Source: a virus
Taxonomy: Duplodnaviria > Heunggongvirae > Uroviricota > Caudoviricetes
IMG/VR virus record: IMGVR_UViG_2579778842_000003
Direction: 5' to 3' (one strand)
Length of the DNA stretch: 64,000 bases
Both the position numbers and the translations under genes were made by a program. Shown in pieces: positions 13,007 through 23,933 of this stretch; within the stretch, counting starts at the first letter, position 1, and each line of letters starts with the position of its first letter. The notes beneath the pieces were generated by a model. The model saw only the letters and a list, made by a program, of their open reading frames with translations. It was not told the origin of the DNA and searched no databases.

Positions 13007-13221
13007 TATGATGTCAAGGAGTGAAGTAATGGCAACGTCTTCGTAGTTGACAAAAACTGCGACTCAATTATAGCAACCAATTAGAGCAATTAAAGTTGTT
13101 TATTTATCGCGAATCACATTTTTTCACTTCAGTACCTGTGTGCTATACTCCTTCTTGATTGATTGGATGCGGAATACAAACCCGCTCTTTTGTGCAGCCT
13201 GACTCCTTGCCAGGCTTTTTT

Positions 13222-13533
13222 TTATTTCATCATGGAAGCTGTTAACGCTTTGGACCTTGCTGAACTGATTGAGAGGGCTTTGTCAACGTGCCCCAAAAAT
13301 TCGCCAAACTCAGACATCACTTTAGCAAAACCGCGCCGTGCTTCTTCCTCGGTGGCATTCATCACGAAATGTTCAGCACCACGCATACTTTTGACAGGGA
13401 ACGCAACGGATATTGAATCAATATCAGGCATTCTATCGCTCAGCTTTACAGTGACAATGACGGCTGGCGACTGAATATTAGTGCTTACAGACAGCACTAC
13501 ATATTTTCCGTCGATGTTGAAATCCTTTCTCAT
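13222..13533 (-). CDS. Hypothetical protein downstream of cre (cra position), 103 aa
   Basis: ORF on cre strand between cre and ref; synteny only. Confidence 0.3.
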   Translation of the reverse strand: MRKDFNIDGKYVVLSVSTNIQSPAVIVTVKLSDRMPDIDSISVAFPVKSMRGAEHFVMNATEEEARRGFAKVMSEFGEFLGHVDKALSISSARSKALTASMMK

Positions 13534-13583
13534 ATGTCACCATAAATATCAAAGAATTAGAGCAATCATTTACGCGTTAATGG

Positions 13584-14615
13584 CTAATCGCCATCTTCCA
13601 GCAGGCGCACCATTGCCCCTGTTTCACTATCCAGGTTACGGATATAGTTCATGACAATATTTACGTTGGTCCAGCCACCAGCTTGCATGATCTCCGGTAT
13701 TGAAACTCCGGCACGGGCCATATCTCGCGCGGCTCCGACACGGGCACTGTGTCCAGACCAGGCCAGGTACCTCTGGCCAGAGTCATCCTTAGCCCCGTAA
13801 ATCAATCGGTGAGTTGCTTCAAAAATCCCTTCCAGGGCGCGAGTTGATAGCTGGCTGGTGGGTGATGGCGAGGCAACACCATTTTTTCTGACCCGGCAAA
13901 ACAAGTAGTTATTCGGATCATCAGCCACACCAGAGACAGAAATCCATCGCTCGACCAGTTTAGTTACCCCCAGGCTAAGTGCCTTCTCTACACCCGCGGT
14001 ACTAACCAGCGTTTTCGTTCTGCCAATATGGATTAACATTCTCCCACCGTCTGTACGTGAGATATCTTTAACCCTGATCCTGGCAATTTCGGCTATACGT
14101 AACAGGGTGTTATAAGCGATCCCCAGAAATGCCAGATTACGTATGTCCTGGCAGCGATCGCTATTTTCCATGAGTGAACGAACCTGGTCGAAATCAGTGC
14201 GTTCGAACGCCAATGCCTGTTTTGCACGTTCACCGGCATCAACGTTTTCTTTTCGAATCCGCCGCATGACCAGTGAAACAGCATTGCTGTCACTTGGTCG
14301 TGGCAGCCCGGACCGACGATGAAGCATGTTTAGCTGGCCCAAATGTTGCTGGATAGTTTTTACTGCCAGACCGCGCGCCTGAAGATATAGAAGATAATCG
14401 CGAACATCTTCAGGTTTTGCGGGAAACCATTTCCGGTTATTCAACTTGCACCATGCCGCCCATGACCGGCAAACGGACAGAAGCATTTTCCAGGTATGCT
14501 CAGAAAACGCCTGGCGATCCCTGAACATGTCCATCAGGTTCTTGCGAACCTCATCACTCGTTGCATCGACCGGCAATGCAGGCAAATTTTGGTGTACGGT
14601 CAGTAAATTGGACAT
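13584..14615 (-). CDS. cre: Cre tyrosine site-specific recombinase, 343 aa
   Basis: Protein begins MSNLLTVHQNLPALPVDATSDEVRKNLMDMFRDRQAFSEHTWKMLLSVCRSWAAWCKLNNRKWFPA and ends MVRLLEDGD, recognised as Cre; loxP lies about 420 bp upstream. Confidence 0.97.
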   Translation of the reverse strand: MSNLLTVHQNLPALPVDATSDEVRKNLMDMFRDRQAFSEHTWKMLLSVCRSWAAWCKLNNRKWFPAKPEDVRDYLLYLQARGLAVKTIQQHLGQLNMLHRRSGLPRPSDSNAVSLVMRRIRKENVDAGERAKQALAFERTDFDQVRSLMENSDRCQDIRNLAFLGIAYNTLLRIAEIARIRVKDISRTDGGRMLIHIGRTKTLVSTAGVEKALSLGVTKLVERWISVSGVADDPNNYLFCRVRKNGVASPSPTSQLSTRALEGIFEATHRLIYGAKDDSGQRYLAWSGHSARVGAARDMARAGVSIPEIMQAGGWTNVNIVMNYIRNLDSETGAMVRLLEDGD

Positions 14616-14622
14616 TTGACAC

Positions 14623-14844
14623 TCAGATAATGGTTTTAAGTAAAGTGTACAGGATCGGCTCTGCCTTTACCTGTTTATGGTTCTCGTCATAGAAACGCCA
14701 GCGACCGCGCGTGCGTTCTATTTTCTCTTCACCGCGCGATAATGACAGTTGACAACTATCACGATCAAACCCTTTTGCCCGCCAGTAACCACGGTTTTTC
14801 TCAAGCTCAATATGAGTGGACACTTTAGCAGCTGAATATCCCAT
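14623..14844 (-). CDS. Hypothetical small basic protein between loxP and cre, 73 aa
   Basis: ORF with SD GAGGTG 6 nt before ATG, preceded by CCAATCAATCA motif. Confidence 0.3.
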   Translation of the reverse strand: MGYSAAKVSTHIELEKNRGYWRAKGFDRDSCQLSLSRGEEKIERTRGRWRFYDENHKQVKAEPILYTLLKTII

Positions 14845-14941
14845 TTTTCACCTCTGATTGATTGGTGGTGCTAAGTGCGCTACGCGAAATCTAGAGCACA
14901 AACACTGCCAACATTTCGCAGATTTTACGTAGCGCAACCTT

Positions 14942-14961
14942 GATCAAATGATCAAGTGATC
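14942..14961. promoter_or_regulatory. Cluster of three GATC Dam sites within 20 bp in the region upstream of cre
   Basis: TGATCAAATGATCAAGTGATCAC; Dam control of cre promoters is described for P1. Confidence 0.4.
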
Positions 14962-15033
14962 ACTATTTGACCTGATAAGGTATTGAACTGTATGGATTTA
15001 CAGGTAAATTGATCATGTTCAATAACCCCTAAT

Positions 15034-15067
15034 ATAACTTCGTATAATGTATGCTATACGAAGTTAT
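15034..15067. other. loxP: loxP recombination site
   Basis: Exact ATAACTTCGTATA-ATGTATGC-TATACGAAGTTAT. Confidence 0.97.
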
Positions 15068-15110
15068 TAGGTCTGAAGAGGAGTTTACGTCCAGCTGCGC
15101 ATAAAAATCA

Positions 15111-15127
15111 ATAATTATTAGAGCAAT
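15111..15127 (-). promoter_or_regulatory. C1 operator-like site
   Basis: Minus strand ATTGCTCTAATAATTAT, 14 of 17 to recalled consensus ATTGCTCTAATAAATTT. Confidence 0.5.
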
Positions 15128-15193
15128 AAATTTTGAGAGAAAAATCCCACTCCACCAGCCAAAAACTGGATTGTTTTTCATAGTTGTTTGACA

Positions 15194-15210
15194 ATTGCTC
15201 TAATAAATTA
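15194..15210 (+). promoter_or_regulatory. C1 operator overlapping a TTGACA -35 element (coi-c1 promoter region)
   Basis: ATTGCTCTAATAAATTA, 16 of 17; TTGACA immediately upstream at 15189-15194. Confidence 0.7.
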
Positions 15211-15448
15211 TAGTTTTGCCGCCGTTTCGTAATACGACTTTGGATTCACTATTTAATGTGTCTTCAGCGTTGTAGAGCGGCTCAGAAGGAAATGAGCAAA
15301 CAGGGAAACCTTATACAACGGCATTACAGCTATGCATTGCTCATCTTACACACAGCGCAATGTTGTTAGATTACCCCAGCATGGATCATGGGTGAAACAG
15401 TAGGTCAGAGCTTCAGGCTCTGTGTTGTCAATACAGTGAGGCATAATT

Positions 15449-15658
15449 ATGGCTTTCATTCCACCAACCATCGACGACGTTAGACATTGCTCTAACGCTT
15501 TATCTGTAGACCCCGCCGAAACCGACGCTGCCCGCGCCATTGCTGAACACTACTCAAAGATATCCAATCAGGAGTACCGCATCACCCAAGACGACCTGGA
15601 TGATCTCACTGACACAATCGAATATCTCATGACCACTAACCAGCCAGACTCACAATAA
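15449..15658 (+). CDS. coi: Coi, C1 inactivator, 69 aa
   Basis: 69-aa ORF directly upstream of c1, length as recalled for P1 Coi. Confidence 0.7.
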   Translation: MAFIPPTIDDVRHCSNALSVDPAETDAARAIAEHYSKISNQEYRITQDDLDDLTDTIEYLMTTNQPDSQ

Positions 15659-15674
15659 ATGCACTAATAAATCT
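15658..15674 (+). promoter_or_regulatory. C1 operator-like site between coi and c1
   Basis: AATGCACTAATAAATCT, 14 of 17. Confidence 0.4.
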
Positions 15675-15768
15675 ATTATTTTCGTTGGATCCTTCTATAA
15701 TGGTGGCCAACAACTCCCAGCGTAATCCGCTGTGAGTTGTTGGCCATGTCAATTCTGGAGGAGGATCA

Positions 15769-16620
15769 ATGATAAATTATGTCTACGGCGAACAACTGTA
15801 CCAGGAGTTCGTCAGTTTCAGGGATCTCTTTCTAAAAAAAGCTGTTGCACGCGCCCAACACGTTGATGCCGCCAGCGACGGTCGTCCTGTTCGCCCGGTT
15901 GTCGTTCTGCCGTTCAAAGAAACGGACAGCATTCAAGCTGAAATTGATAAATGGACTTTAATGGCGCGGGAACTGGAACAGTACCCAGACCTCAATATCC
16001 CAAAGACTATTTTATATCCAGTGCCTAACATCCTTCGCGGTGTGCGTAAGGTTACAACTTATCAGACAGAAGCTGTGAACAGCGTCAACATGACCGCTGG
16101 CCGCATTATTCATCTGATTGATAAGGACATTCGCATCCAGAAAAGCGCGGGGATCAATGAGCACAGTGCGAAATACATAGAGAACCTGGAAGCAACAAAA
16201 GAGCTAATGAAGCAGTACCCGGAGGATGAAAAATTCCGTATGCGTGTACACGGCTTTAGCGAAACAATGCTGCGCGTCCATTACATTTCCAGTAGCCCTA
16301 ACTACAATGATGGTAAATCAGTTAGTTACCATGTGCCGCTGTGTGGTGTGTTTATCTGCGATGAAACTCTCCGTGATGGAATCATCATCAACGGTGAATT
16401 CGAGAAAGCAAAATTTAGCCTTTATGACTCTATAGAACCGATCATCTGCGACCGCTGGCCGCAGGCAAAAATATATCGCCTGGCAGATATTGAAAATGTA
16501 AAAAAACAAATTGCCATCACTCGCGAAGAGAAAAAGGTCAAATCAGCCGCATCAGTTACGCGCAGCCGTAAAACTAAGAAGGGGCAGCCAGTAAACGACA
16601 ACCCCGAAAGCGCGCAATAG
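15769..16620 (+). CDS. c1: C1 repressor of lytic functions, 283 aa
   Basis: 283 aa starting MINYVYGEQLYQEFVSFRDLFLKK, recognised as P1 C1; adjacent to coi and loxP. Confidence 0.9.
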   Translation: MINYVYGEQLYQEFVSFRDLFLKKAVARAQHVDAASDGRPVRPVVVLPFKETDSIQAEIDKWTLMARELEQYPDLNIPKTILYPVPNILRGVRKVTTYQTEAVNSVNMTAGRIIHLIDKDIRIQKSAGINEHSAKYIENLEATKELMKQYPEDEKFRMRVHGFSETMLRVHYISSSPNYNDGKSVSYHVPLCGVFICDETLRDGIIINGEFEKAKFSLYDSIEPIICDRWPQAKIYRLADIENVKKQIAITREEKKVKSAASVTRSRKTKKGQPVNDNPESAQ

Positions 16621-16644
16621 TTTCTATCCGGCATGGTCAATGAG

Positions 16645-18129
16645 TTATTCATTAAGCCATGCCAGAGCTTCATCAACCTGCGCTTCGTCTTCGACGCTAA
16701 GCACTTCATCCTGGGGAACATAATCCGCCAGCATAGCGAAACAATATGTATCCCAATGGTCTGGTGAGTGCAGGTTGAGTTTTTTCTTCATATCCTCCTT
16801 ACTCATCACCTTCCATTGACCTGCGGAGTTAATCCCTACAGGGATTTTCGACGCTTCCTCAATAGTTTCATTACCCTTATCCAGTCTCATACGACCAGAT
16901 TTTACGGCCTCTGCGGCTTGAACGTTGGCATAAGCACGTTTATCAAAGTACAGGCTCTTATCTTCACGGCTATGCATCTTTTTACCCCAGCGTATACGCT
17001 GTACGGTAATACCATAATACTCGTACATCAGATCCGCCGTTGCTTTACCCAGGCCATCGCCGTCTATCGCTATGGTGATATTTGGGAATCGCTCAGGATT
17101 ACATTCTGCGAAAATTTTGGCGGCAAGCTGCGTTTCTGTAACGTCTGTGTATTCCAGCATTCGATAGTTGATTACACGGCGTTTATTTCGCTGGCCGGAC
17201 ACCATCATGATATTGATAACGGACTTATCCCGTCCCGTACCACCAGCAACGTCCACACATGCAAGCCAGCCCCATCCTTTTGCAATCTTGACTTTCCGCC
17301 TCGTTGCACGTTCAACCTCATCACGTCCAAGAAGGAAGCCATCCTGTGATTTAGGGAATAGGCCGCGTACCTTAATCATGTACATAGGGTTATCACGCCC
17401 GCCGTACTCCGCCAGCTTCATTTTGATAAATGCTGGCGTTACCAGCGGTGATTCCTCACTGTTAAGCGTGATCGCCGTATAAACGCCATCAGGGTTACCA
17501 GGACGCTTGGCCAGTTTATGGTGAGTATCGTAGAAATAGCCGCTTGGGCGTGTAGGCTGTGACAGTAATAAGATGCGGTTATCCTGTCCGGTAAGAGCAC
17601 CGGTGATGATACCGAAAGCTCTATCACTGACACCGGAGGCTTCATCGATAATATACAGAAGATGATCTGCGTGTTCACCGGCGAGAGCTTCTTCACTTCC
17701 CAGACGAAAGCCCTTCGGTACTACAGTCCATACACCTTTACCAGTAACCTCATAGAAAGCGGTTTCTGTCAGAACAAAATAATCAGCAAGCCATGGAAAA
17801 CGGCTGGTGGCAGTAGCCCAGTTTATCTTGATGTACTTGAAAATACCGGTCATTACCTGCTGAATTTTGTTCGCAACGATAATGGCGCGGGCACCGGGAT
17901 ACATGATTATGAACAACATGATCATGATAGAAGTCATGTCTGATTTCCCGGTACCGTGACCAGACGAAACAGATGTCTTGCTACCCTGTTCCTGCACAGA
18001 CTCAATAATCAGATCCTGCTGCCAGGTAGGTGTTTTGCCGAACAAAACATCAGCGGCCGCAATCCAGTCATAACGATATAGCGCCACCAGCTCGCGCCAA
18101 CGTGGATCCGTTACGCAACTTCTGGCCAT
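16645..18129 (-). CDS. pacB: PacB, terminase large subunit, 494 aa
   Basis: 494 aa, start overlaps pacA stop, downstream of pac-containing pacA. Confidence 0.8.
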   Translation of the reverse strand: MARSCVTDPRWRELVALYRYDWIAAADVLFGKTPTWQQDLIIESVQEQGSKTSVSSGHGTGKSDMTSIMIMLFIIMYPGARAIIVANKIQQVMTGIFKYIKINWATATSRFPWLADYFVLTETAFYEVTGKGVWTVVPKGFRLGSEEALAGEHADHLLYIIDEASGVSDRAFGIITGALTGQDNRILLLSQPTRPSGYFYDTHHKLAKRPGNPDGVYTAITLNSEESPLVTPAFIKMKLAEYGGRDNPMYMIKVRGLFPKSQDGFLLGRDEVERATRRKVKIAKGWGWLACVDVAGGTGRDKSVINIMMVSGQRNKRRVINYRMLEYTDVTETQLAAKIFAECNPERFPNITIAIDGDGLGKATADLMYEYYGITVQRIRWGKKMHSREDKSLYFDKRAYANVQAAEAVKSGRMRLDKGNETIEEASKIPVGINSAGQWKVMSKEDMKKKLNLHSPDHWDTYCFAMLADYVPQDEVLSVEDEAQVDEALAWLNE

Positions 18130-19322
18130 TAATCATCATCCCCGTATAGCTTGCGGGTAACTTCTTCGTCTTCCTCCTCGTCTTCGTCCAGGTCTTGTTC
18201 CAGCCATGGGTCGTTTGATACACCTTCAGTATCAACATCTCCATAACCGCCTGTATCAACGATATCGGCGATTTCTTCCCTACGCTGCTCAATCCACAAT
18301 GCGGCATCGGCGCGGCGGTTGGCGGCCCGTTCTCGCGCAACTTTATCCAGATCTTCAAGAGAAGGGCCACCGACGGCTGTTTGCCTTTCCTCATCATCGG
18401 TATTGGTCTTAGGAGCACGCAGATCGGCTTTGATTTGCTCCAGCATCAGGGGCGGAACTTTCCCACCATGCGCCTCGATGAATTCAGCTGCTTCCAGCAC
18501 TGACCAGTTATTTTCACGCTTTCGTTCGTATGCCAGCTTAACAATGCCAGCTTGCCCCATAGACAAAGCGTGCTTTTCCGCCTCCCGGCTTTCTTTTCGA
18601 TAGTTATTCCGGATGCTGTAAATGGTGTTGATCAGGCTGCTTATCTGCGCGGAACAGCTGTTTAGCATGCTCGCGATACGGTATTCAGGCGGAGTACCTT
18701 CATCATCGTCTTTTTGCTGATCGCGCATTTCCTGCACCAGGCGAATACACGTATCCCTGGCGTTCTCCAGCATAAGGAGATGAGAAAGAGACTTTTCAAG
18801 AAGAGTGGTTTCCAGAACATCGGCCCCGGACCGACGCAACATAGCGCGCGCGGCCTTCCGCGCTTCAACGTTATCTATCAGGTAATCGCCAGCTTCGAAT
18901 TCAAAGCGTTCACCATCATCATCCAGGGTGTCGCGTTCCAGGCGATCACGTAAGGTCCGGTGGGCGCGGGTGATCACGTCATGATCATCTGAACGATCAT
19001 TTATGCGCTTATTTTGGCGCTTCGCATTCTCGACTGCGGCACTGATAACGGCATTAACTCTCTGTTTTTCCGCTATTTCAGCCGCAATATGATCACCTGC
19101 ATGTTGATCATTAGAGTGATCAATGATCATGCTTTTTAGTGGCTTCCTGACTGGCTTATTTGGCTTGCGGCTGTCCGCAGTCCTGGAGTCTTCTTTGAAG
19201 GCACGGAGATAACGACGTGCGGTATTAGGGTTAAGATTAAACTCGGCGGCATACTGTGCGATGGTGTAACCACCATCTCGCGCCAGGCGAGCAAAATTCT
19301 TCTTGTGATCGTCCCAGGTCAC
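18129..19322 (-). CDS. pacA: PacA, terminase small subunit, 397 aa; contains the pac site
   Basis: 397 aa; coding sequence contains two clusters of TGATCA/TGATCG hexamers. Confidence 0.8.
   Translation of the reverse strand: MTWDDHKKNFARLARDGGYTIAQYAAEFNLNPNTARRYLRAFKEDSRTADSRKPNKPVRKPLKSMIIDHSNDQHAGDHIAAEIAEKQRVNAVISAAVENAKRQNKRINDRSDDHDVITRAHRTLRDRLERDTLDDDGERFEFEAGDYLIDNVEARKAARAMLRRSGADVLETTLLEKSLSHLLMLENARDTCIRLVQEMRDQQKDDDEGTPPEYRIASMLNSCSAQISSLINTIYSIRNNYRKESREAEKHALSMGQAGIVKLAYERKRENNWSVLEAAEFIEAHGGKVPPLMLEQIKADLRAPKTNTDDEERQTAVGGPSLEDLDKVARERAANRRADAALWIEQRREEIADIVDTGGYGDVDTEGVSNDPWLEQDLDEDEEEDEEVTRKLYGDDD
18952..19129. other. pac: pac packaging site
   Basis: Four TGATC(A/G) hexamers at 18952-19000 and four at 19090-19129, about 90 bp apart, inside pacA. 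Confidence 0.7.
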
Positions 19323-19407
19323 TTATGCTTCCTTTCGTAAAAACTCTTTTTGACGCGAGGGTAACGAAAGTCACATGTCAAAAGGCCCGGAACGGGCAAG
19401 CAATCAA

Positions 19408-19860
19408 TCAGATACGTGCGGATGTGGCATTACCGTAATGACGGTGCTGACGGGCCACCTTATTGAAAAGTTGACGCGCCATTACCCAAGGCTGGTGCTC
19501 CCGGCGTTCCTTTTCGTCCTGCGTCATATAGAGTTCGTTCTGGAGTTTTTCATCAAACCGGCGCGGAGCGCGGCTACGGCGAAAGAATTCAGGATTCAGA
19601 GAGTGGATCTGAAATCTACGTGGGCGTGTACTGTCATCAATCAAAACAGACGAATACTTAGACACAGCGATAGCCTTTAAGCGCAGATAAACATCGCGCT
19701 TATCGACATCCAGATGCGGGTATTCCTTTTCAAGAATTGCTGCGAGTTCTTTCGCTGATAGAAGAGATTTAGTGCGGATCATGTAATCCGCAATCTCGTA
19801 CGATGTTATTCGTGAGTGATTTATTTCCATGAAGTGGCGTCCCTGCCAGTTAAGTAACAT
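19408..19860 (-). CDS. lpa: Lpa, late promoter activator candidate, 150 aa
   Basis: ORF immediately downstream of pacA operon region with a C1 operator-like site upstream; synteny. Confidence 0.5.
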   Translation of the reverse strand: MLLNWQGRHFMEINHSRITSYEIADYMIRTKSLLSAKELAAILEKEYPHLDVDKRDVYLRLKAIAVSKYSSVLIDDSTRPRRFQIHSLNPEFFRRSRAPRRFDEKLQNELYMTQDEKERREHQPWVMARQLFNKVARQHRHYGNATSARI

Positions 19861-19931
19861 CCTGTCACCTACTGATTAGCCCATGTCAACTAATCAACGT
19901 GGAATATAATACCCTCGATTAAAGAAATAGC

Positions 19932-19948
19932 AATACATTAGAGCAATT
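19932..19948 (-). promoter_or_regulatory. C1 operator-like site upstream of lpa
   Basis: Minus strand ATTGCTCTAATGTATTG, 14 of 17. Confidence 0.5.
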
Positions 19949-20992
19949 TTATATAACGCTCGACGAGTGACTTGTGATAGCGCCGACTCCAAGCGCGTAA
20001 TCAAAGAACAATCGTTGATGCATCGCCAGCCTACCGTGCGTCTTCTCCCAATTATCGCGGTCACGCTCAATATCACGCTGGCATGACTGGCACAGAGGAA
20101 TTGCGTAAATGTCATGCGCGCATAATCGACTATGACGAACGATATAAGGCGTAATGTGAGCGCCAGCTCCCGCCGCTCCACACCCACAGCATGGACGGGA
20201 AGCAACAAAGTCCATGTACTCAGGTAATTTTAGCGATTGCAGTTTTGGTATTTTGAAATGCGCCATGCCAGGGTCGGAGTCAACATCCACAGGGCATACT
20301 TTTGCACGCATCGGCGCGGCGCGTTCTTCCATCATCTGAACATATGCTGTAGCGCGATCGTCATACGGGCGAATATCCGCCTCTTTCAGAGGTCCGCTAT
20401 CCTGCGTTGCGGCTTTCATCTTATTTATTGATATACGGCAAACTTCTTCCGGCATCAGGTGCATCATGTTGCGCATGAAAGCCCACCAGCACAGTTCCTG
20501 AATACTTAGATCATGGCCATCTGAAAGCCCCATTTCCTGACGGGCGACATCCAGTATCCAGTTAACGCGATTATTATGCAGCGTTTCTTTCAGCTCATTA
20601 AAACCACGCATCCGGTAATGGTTATCGTGATGCCAGCACAACAACACCGCGCTATTGTCTCGTTCTGCGTGGACAATATGGTTGTCACACCAGCTACGAT
20701 CTGCGGCCTGGCATTGCCCCTCTTTCCTGCGCAACCACGCCACCAGCGCGTCAATTCCACCAATACGGCGAAACAGTTCATCGCTGTTAAAAAACGGCTG
20801 CAACGCCTCATTTGTTGCCATGGTTTGCTCGGTAACAACGAGGCCGTCTTCCATGTGCTCGATTAACTCGCGCGGCACCGGCTCCATAATAAATTTACGG
20901 CCAGCCTCCACCAGCTTTCTGACCTCCTGATCCACTTTGAACGTGGCGAGGCCAAGCTCTTTCTGTACAAAGGGAGTAATTACGGCTTTCAC
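19949..20992 (-). CDS. PdcB-like Cys-rich protein, 347 aa (GTG start)
   Basis: ORF downstream of doc; synteny with P1 pdcB. Confidence 0.4.
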   Translation of the reverse strand: MKAVITPFVQKELGLATFKVDQEVRKLVEAGRKFIMEPVPRELIEHMEDGLVVTEQTMATNEALQPFFNSDELFRRIGGIDALVAWLRRKEGQCQAADRSWCDNHIVHAERDNSAVLLCWHHDNHYRMRGFNELKETLHNNRVNWILDVARQEMGLSDGHDLSIQELCWWAFMRNMMHLMPEEVCRISINKMKAATQDSGPLKEADIRPYDDRATAYVQMMEERAAPMRAKVCPVDVDSDPGMAHFKIPKLQSLKLPEYMDFVASRPCCGCGAAGAGAHITPYIVRHSRLCAHDIYAIPLCQSCQRDIERDRDNWEKTHGRLAMHQRLFFDYALGVGAITSHSSSVI

Positions 20993-21019
20993 ATCACACC
21001 TTTCATCACTGATTGGGCT

Positions 21020-21220
21020 TTATCTGCTGCCCGGCATTCTCTGTTTAAGCGCAACCATTTCCTGACGGCATAACACAGCAATAGCGGTCCTGACTCCAAT
21101 TTGCTTACCAACCAGGTATTGCTTTACCTTGCGGCGACTCACGCCATCAAGAAGCATCTTTAACGCTTCACGGGACAATTTGTTGTATTTGCGTGCCATT
21201 AATCTACTCCGCAGAACCAT
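21020..21220 (-). CDS. Small basic protein (pdcA position), 66 aa
   Basis: ORF overlapping doc 3' end; synteny only. Confidence 0.3.
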   Translation of the reverse strand: MVLRSRLMARKYNKLSREALKMLLDGVSRRKVKQYLVGKQIGVRTAIAVLCRQEMVALKQRMPGSR

Positions 21221-21584
21221 ACAATCTACGTAACGTGTCGGCGACAGAAGATACAGATATCTCTCCGGTCGCAGCCCCTACGGTAAGGTCTGCCAGTTCA
21301 GGTGAATCAAATACCTGCACCCCGTTACGGCGTAGAAATAACAGCGCACTGTTTAGCGCGGTACGCTTATTGGCATCATTGAATATATGCCCTCTCGCTG
21401 TAGCCACCAGGTAGGTGGCGGAGACTTCGAAAAGGTCGGTGATCTCTTCGTAGGCAACTCTGGCCTGAACTCTCCCGATAATGGCCTCTGCCCTACCAGG
21501 ATCTGACATTCCCGGCAGGCCGCCGTAGCGGTTTATATTCGCATCATGAAGCGCAATAAGTTCTTCCGGTGATATATGCCTCAT
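21204..21584 (-). CDS. doc: Doc toxin (Fic-fold kinase), 126 aa
   Basis: 126 aa starting [22 protein letters not shown], recognised as P1 Doc; stop-start overlap with phd. Confidence 0.92.
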   Translation of the reverse strand: MRHISPEELIALHDANINRYGGLPGMSDPGRAEAIIGRVQARVAYEEITDLFEVSATYLVATARGHIFNDANKRTALNSALLFLRRNGVQVFDSPELADLTVGAATGEISVSSVADTLRRLYGSAE

Positions 21585-21805
21585 TATCGGTTAACCAGTT
21601 CCTTGTTGGTGGAGTCCAGGGTGTCAAACAGGGATGCAAATTCAGCATCCAGCGCCGCTTTTTTGTAGGCTTCGAAAGTAGCCTTGCTGACAATTACTGC
21701 TGGCTCACGGCCTCTGCGGGTGATTTCAACCTCTTCCCCGGCTTCAACATTGTTGAGCACTTCAGAAAGGTTGCCGCGCGCGGTACGGAAGTTAATGGAT
21801 TGCAT
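21584..21805 (-). CDS. phd: Phd antitoxin, 73 aa
   Basis: Starts at internal Met of the 75-aa track ORF: [26 protein letters not shown], recognised as P1 Phd. Confidence 0.9.
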   Translation of the reverse strand: MQSINFRTARGNLSEVLNNVEAGEEVEITRRGREPAVIVSKATFEAYKKAALDAEFASLFDTLDSTNKELVNR

Positions 21806-21811
21806 AAACAC

Positions 21812-21840
21812 CTCGTGTACTCGTTATGTGTACACAATTA
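21812..21840. promoter_or_regulatory. phd-doc promoter/operator region with GTGTAC palindromic repeats
   Basis: CGTGTACTCG and TGTGTACACA just upstream of phd start. Confidence 0.5.
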
Positions 21841-21877
21841 TAAACTTCACAGGCATAAAGCACCAGCACTTTGCAGC

Positions 21878-22267
21878 TTAAATGACCGGACAATCATCAA
21901 ACTCTCCACTCCGGGCATCATTGATGACATGAGTGATCACACCAAAAACAGCATTACTACCCGTGTAACCATCGTCATCTACTGGTAACGCCTCTTTCTT
22001 CCCGGTGCTTAAATCCTCCAGGTGCTGGCGCGGATACTTCCTGTATCTCTTTATGCGATATTCACCCTCCATAGCGCACACAAGCAGAGAACCATCAACC
22101 GGAGTAAGCGAGGAATCAACCACCAGCAAAGCACCCTGCAATATTCCCTCACGGTGATGGCTATCAGTTGCCCGCATGAAGTAGGTTGCTGATGGATGCC
22201 TGATTAGTTGCTGATCAAGAGAAATTCGGCTTTCAACATAATCCGCCGCAGGAGAAGGGAAGCCCAT
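21878..22267 (-). CDS. humD: HumD, UmuD'-like protein, 129 aa
   Basis: 129-aa ORF at the P1 humD position next to phd-doc; LexA box 22 bp upstream of start. Confidence 0.8.
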   Translation of the reverse strand: MGFPSPAADYVESRISLDQQLIRHPSATYFMRATDSHHREGILQGALLVVDSSLTPVDGSLLVCAMEGEYRIKRYRKYPRQHLEDLSTGKKEALPVDDDGYTGSNAVFGVITHVINDARSGEFDDCPVI

Positions 22268-22288
22268 AGCGTTTTCACCTCAATAATA

Positions 22289-22304
22289 CTGTTCATTTAT
22301 ACAG
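22289..22304. promoter_or_regulatory. LexA box (SOS operator) upstream of humD
   Basis: CTGTTCATTTATACAG fits CTGT-N8-ACAG. Confidence 0.65.
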
Positions 22305-22714
22305 TATACATTAAAGAGACACCTTTGGTGCAAACGCGTTACGTACATCAACCACCGCTGATGATTTTGTGCTCTTTGCTACTATTCATCACCAACGGAT
22401 CAGCGTAACCTCGTTGCCAATCAGTTAATAAGGAGATGCCGCAGCGACCGGATCATCAACAAGAAATTGTTGCTGAATTTTCCTCAAGGGATGAGATGAA
22501 TCTCTTCTCATTAAAGCAGGAAGAAAGGGATCGCGTCGAAGTGTCTCCAACTCTCGACCACAACCGGATGAACCTGGCCCAACTCGCCTAGTACAGCAAA
22601 GAATTAGAGATGTCTATTGCCCGACTTGAAAACGAAAAAGCCGCTATCCAAGTCCAGCACGAAGTAGTTCTGAACCGGATTAGAGAAATGCAAAACGATA
22701 ACAGGGGATTTTGA

Positions 22715-23071
22715 ATGGCTAAAGTCGAGTACCATCGCGATCGCGGTAATTACCTGGAAATATACGATCATGAATCTCTTAACGATATCAACGATGCGTT
22801 ATATGAATACTGTGAAAAAACGAGCATCACAGATGCACCTGATGCATTTGTCGAGCTGCCGGTATATCTCCGCGACATCTATGCAATACGAACACCGCCC
22901 GTATCGGTGATTCACATTGGCTATGTCCGCCTGTCCATCGAAGAAGATGAAGATCGTTATATCGTGCGCCACTATACATTGGACAGAAAAGAACTTCCTA
23001 ATGAATGGAACATGAGTAATTTCTACAACGGTGAATATGGCTTAAAATCCGCTAATAATTTACGGTCATAA
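22715..23071 (+). CDS. Hypothetical protein, 118 aa
   Basis: ORF on the opposite strand to humD, ATG overlaps stop of a small upstream ORF. Confidence 0.4.
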   Translation: MAKVEYHRDRGNYLEIYDHESLNDINDALYEYCEKTSITDAPDAFVELPVYLRDIYAIRTPPVSVIHIGYVRLSIEEDEDRYIVRHYTLDRKELPNEWNMSNFYNGEYGLKSANNLRS

Positions 23072-23933
23072 TCTATACAGGCATGTATAACAACAACGAG
23101 CCTATTAGCTGTCAACAACATTATTTTCTCAAATAAGAAAAAGCAGAAAACAAATTGTTTAAGATCACAAATTGTGGCCTTGATGGAGGAGGGAGGCTTA
23201 TTGGCTATGGCTAAAAATCAAATTAGACACTTCATGTTGCTGTAGCTCATCAAGATCCGAGGCCACAAAACCTTTTCCGAAAAACTTCACAAGTAACTCA
23301 CTAGCTGCATCATTGTCACCTATTACACGAAAGTCATACGGCAACGTCGCAAGTTGACGATGTAATCCTGCTGAGAAAGTCGAATCTAACAGCGCCCAGA
23401 ATTCCCACCGCAGGATAATACTCGCCTCTTAATACTGTATATATGTTGTTACGATATGTTTTTCTGTCTCTAAAAAAAGATGTTAATAGAATGCTAACCA
23501 TTGAAGGGGATAAAAATATACAATTCCAACAAACGTTATTTTTAACAATTTTTTTCTTTGCGTTGACTTTCCCTGACACCTTGTCTGACCGAAGGTGCGC
23601 GAAAGCCACTTTTTCCTTCCTGAGTTATCCACAAAGTTATGCACTTGCAAGAGGGCCATTTTCTACATATTGTGGTGGCTAACAGATGAAATGAATGTAG
23701 ATTAATTGAAGATAAGGAGAAAATTTGAGATGCAATCATGACGTTAATAGATAGGGTCTGCATTACAGACCCCACCCGCATCAAGGAATTAGCCGTTCCC
23801 TGATGTTTTTCCGAAAACATGTGCCGTAAGCTCACGTTAACGACTTTCATTCACCGAATCCAACTATATAGGGGTTGGGTTTCTACGTCAACGTGAGCAA
23901 GTGCACCTTTACATTTGACAAGGAACCACCTGA

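Noticed and set aside
13163-13474. Plus-strand 103-aa ORF overlapping the minus-strand ORF at 13222..13533
   Set aside because: Overlaps the co-oriented cre-ref strand gene almost completely; no SD; the minus-strand ORF fits the local operon direction better.
23431-23452. Possible second LexA box (TACTGTATATATGTTGTTAC)
   Set aside because: Only the CTGTATATAT half-site matches; the distal half lacks ACAG, so it does not satisfy CTGT-N8-ACAG.
23334-23682. Track ORFs 23334..23609 (-) and 23443..23682 (+) in the AT-rich interval
   Set aside because: Mutually overlapping, no SD, composition-driven open frames; my own frame check found no plausible start for a 60-aa product.
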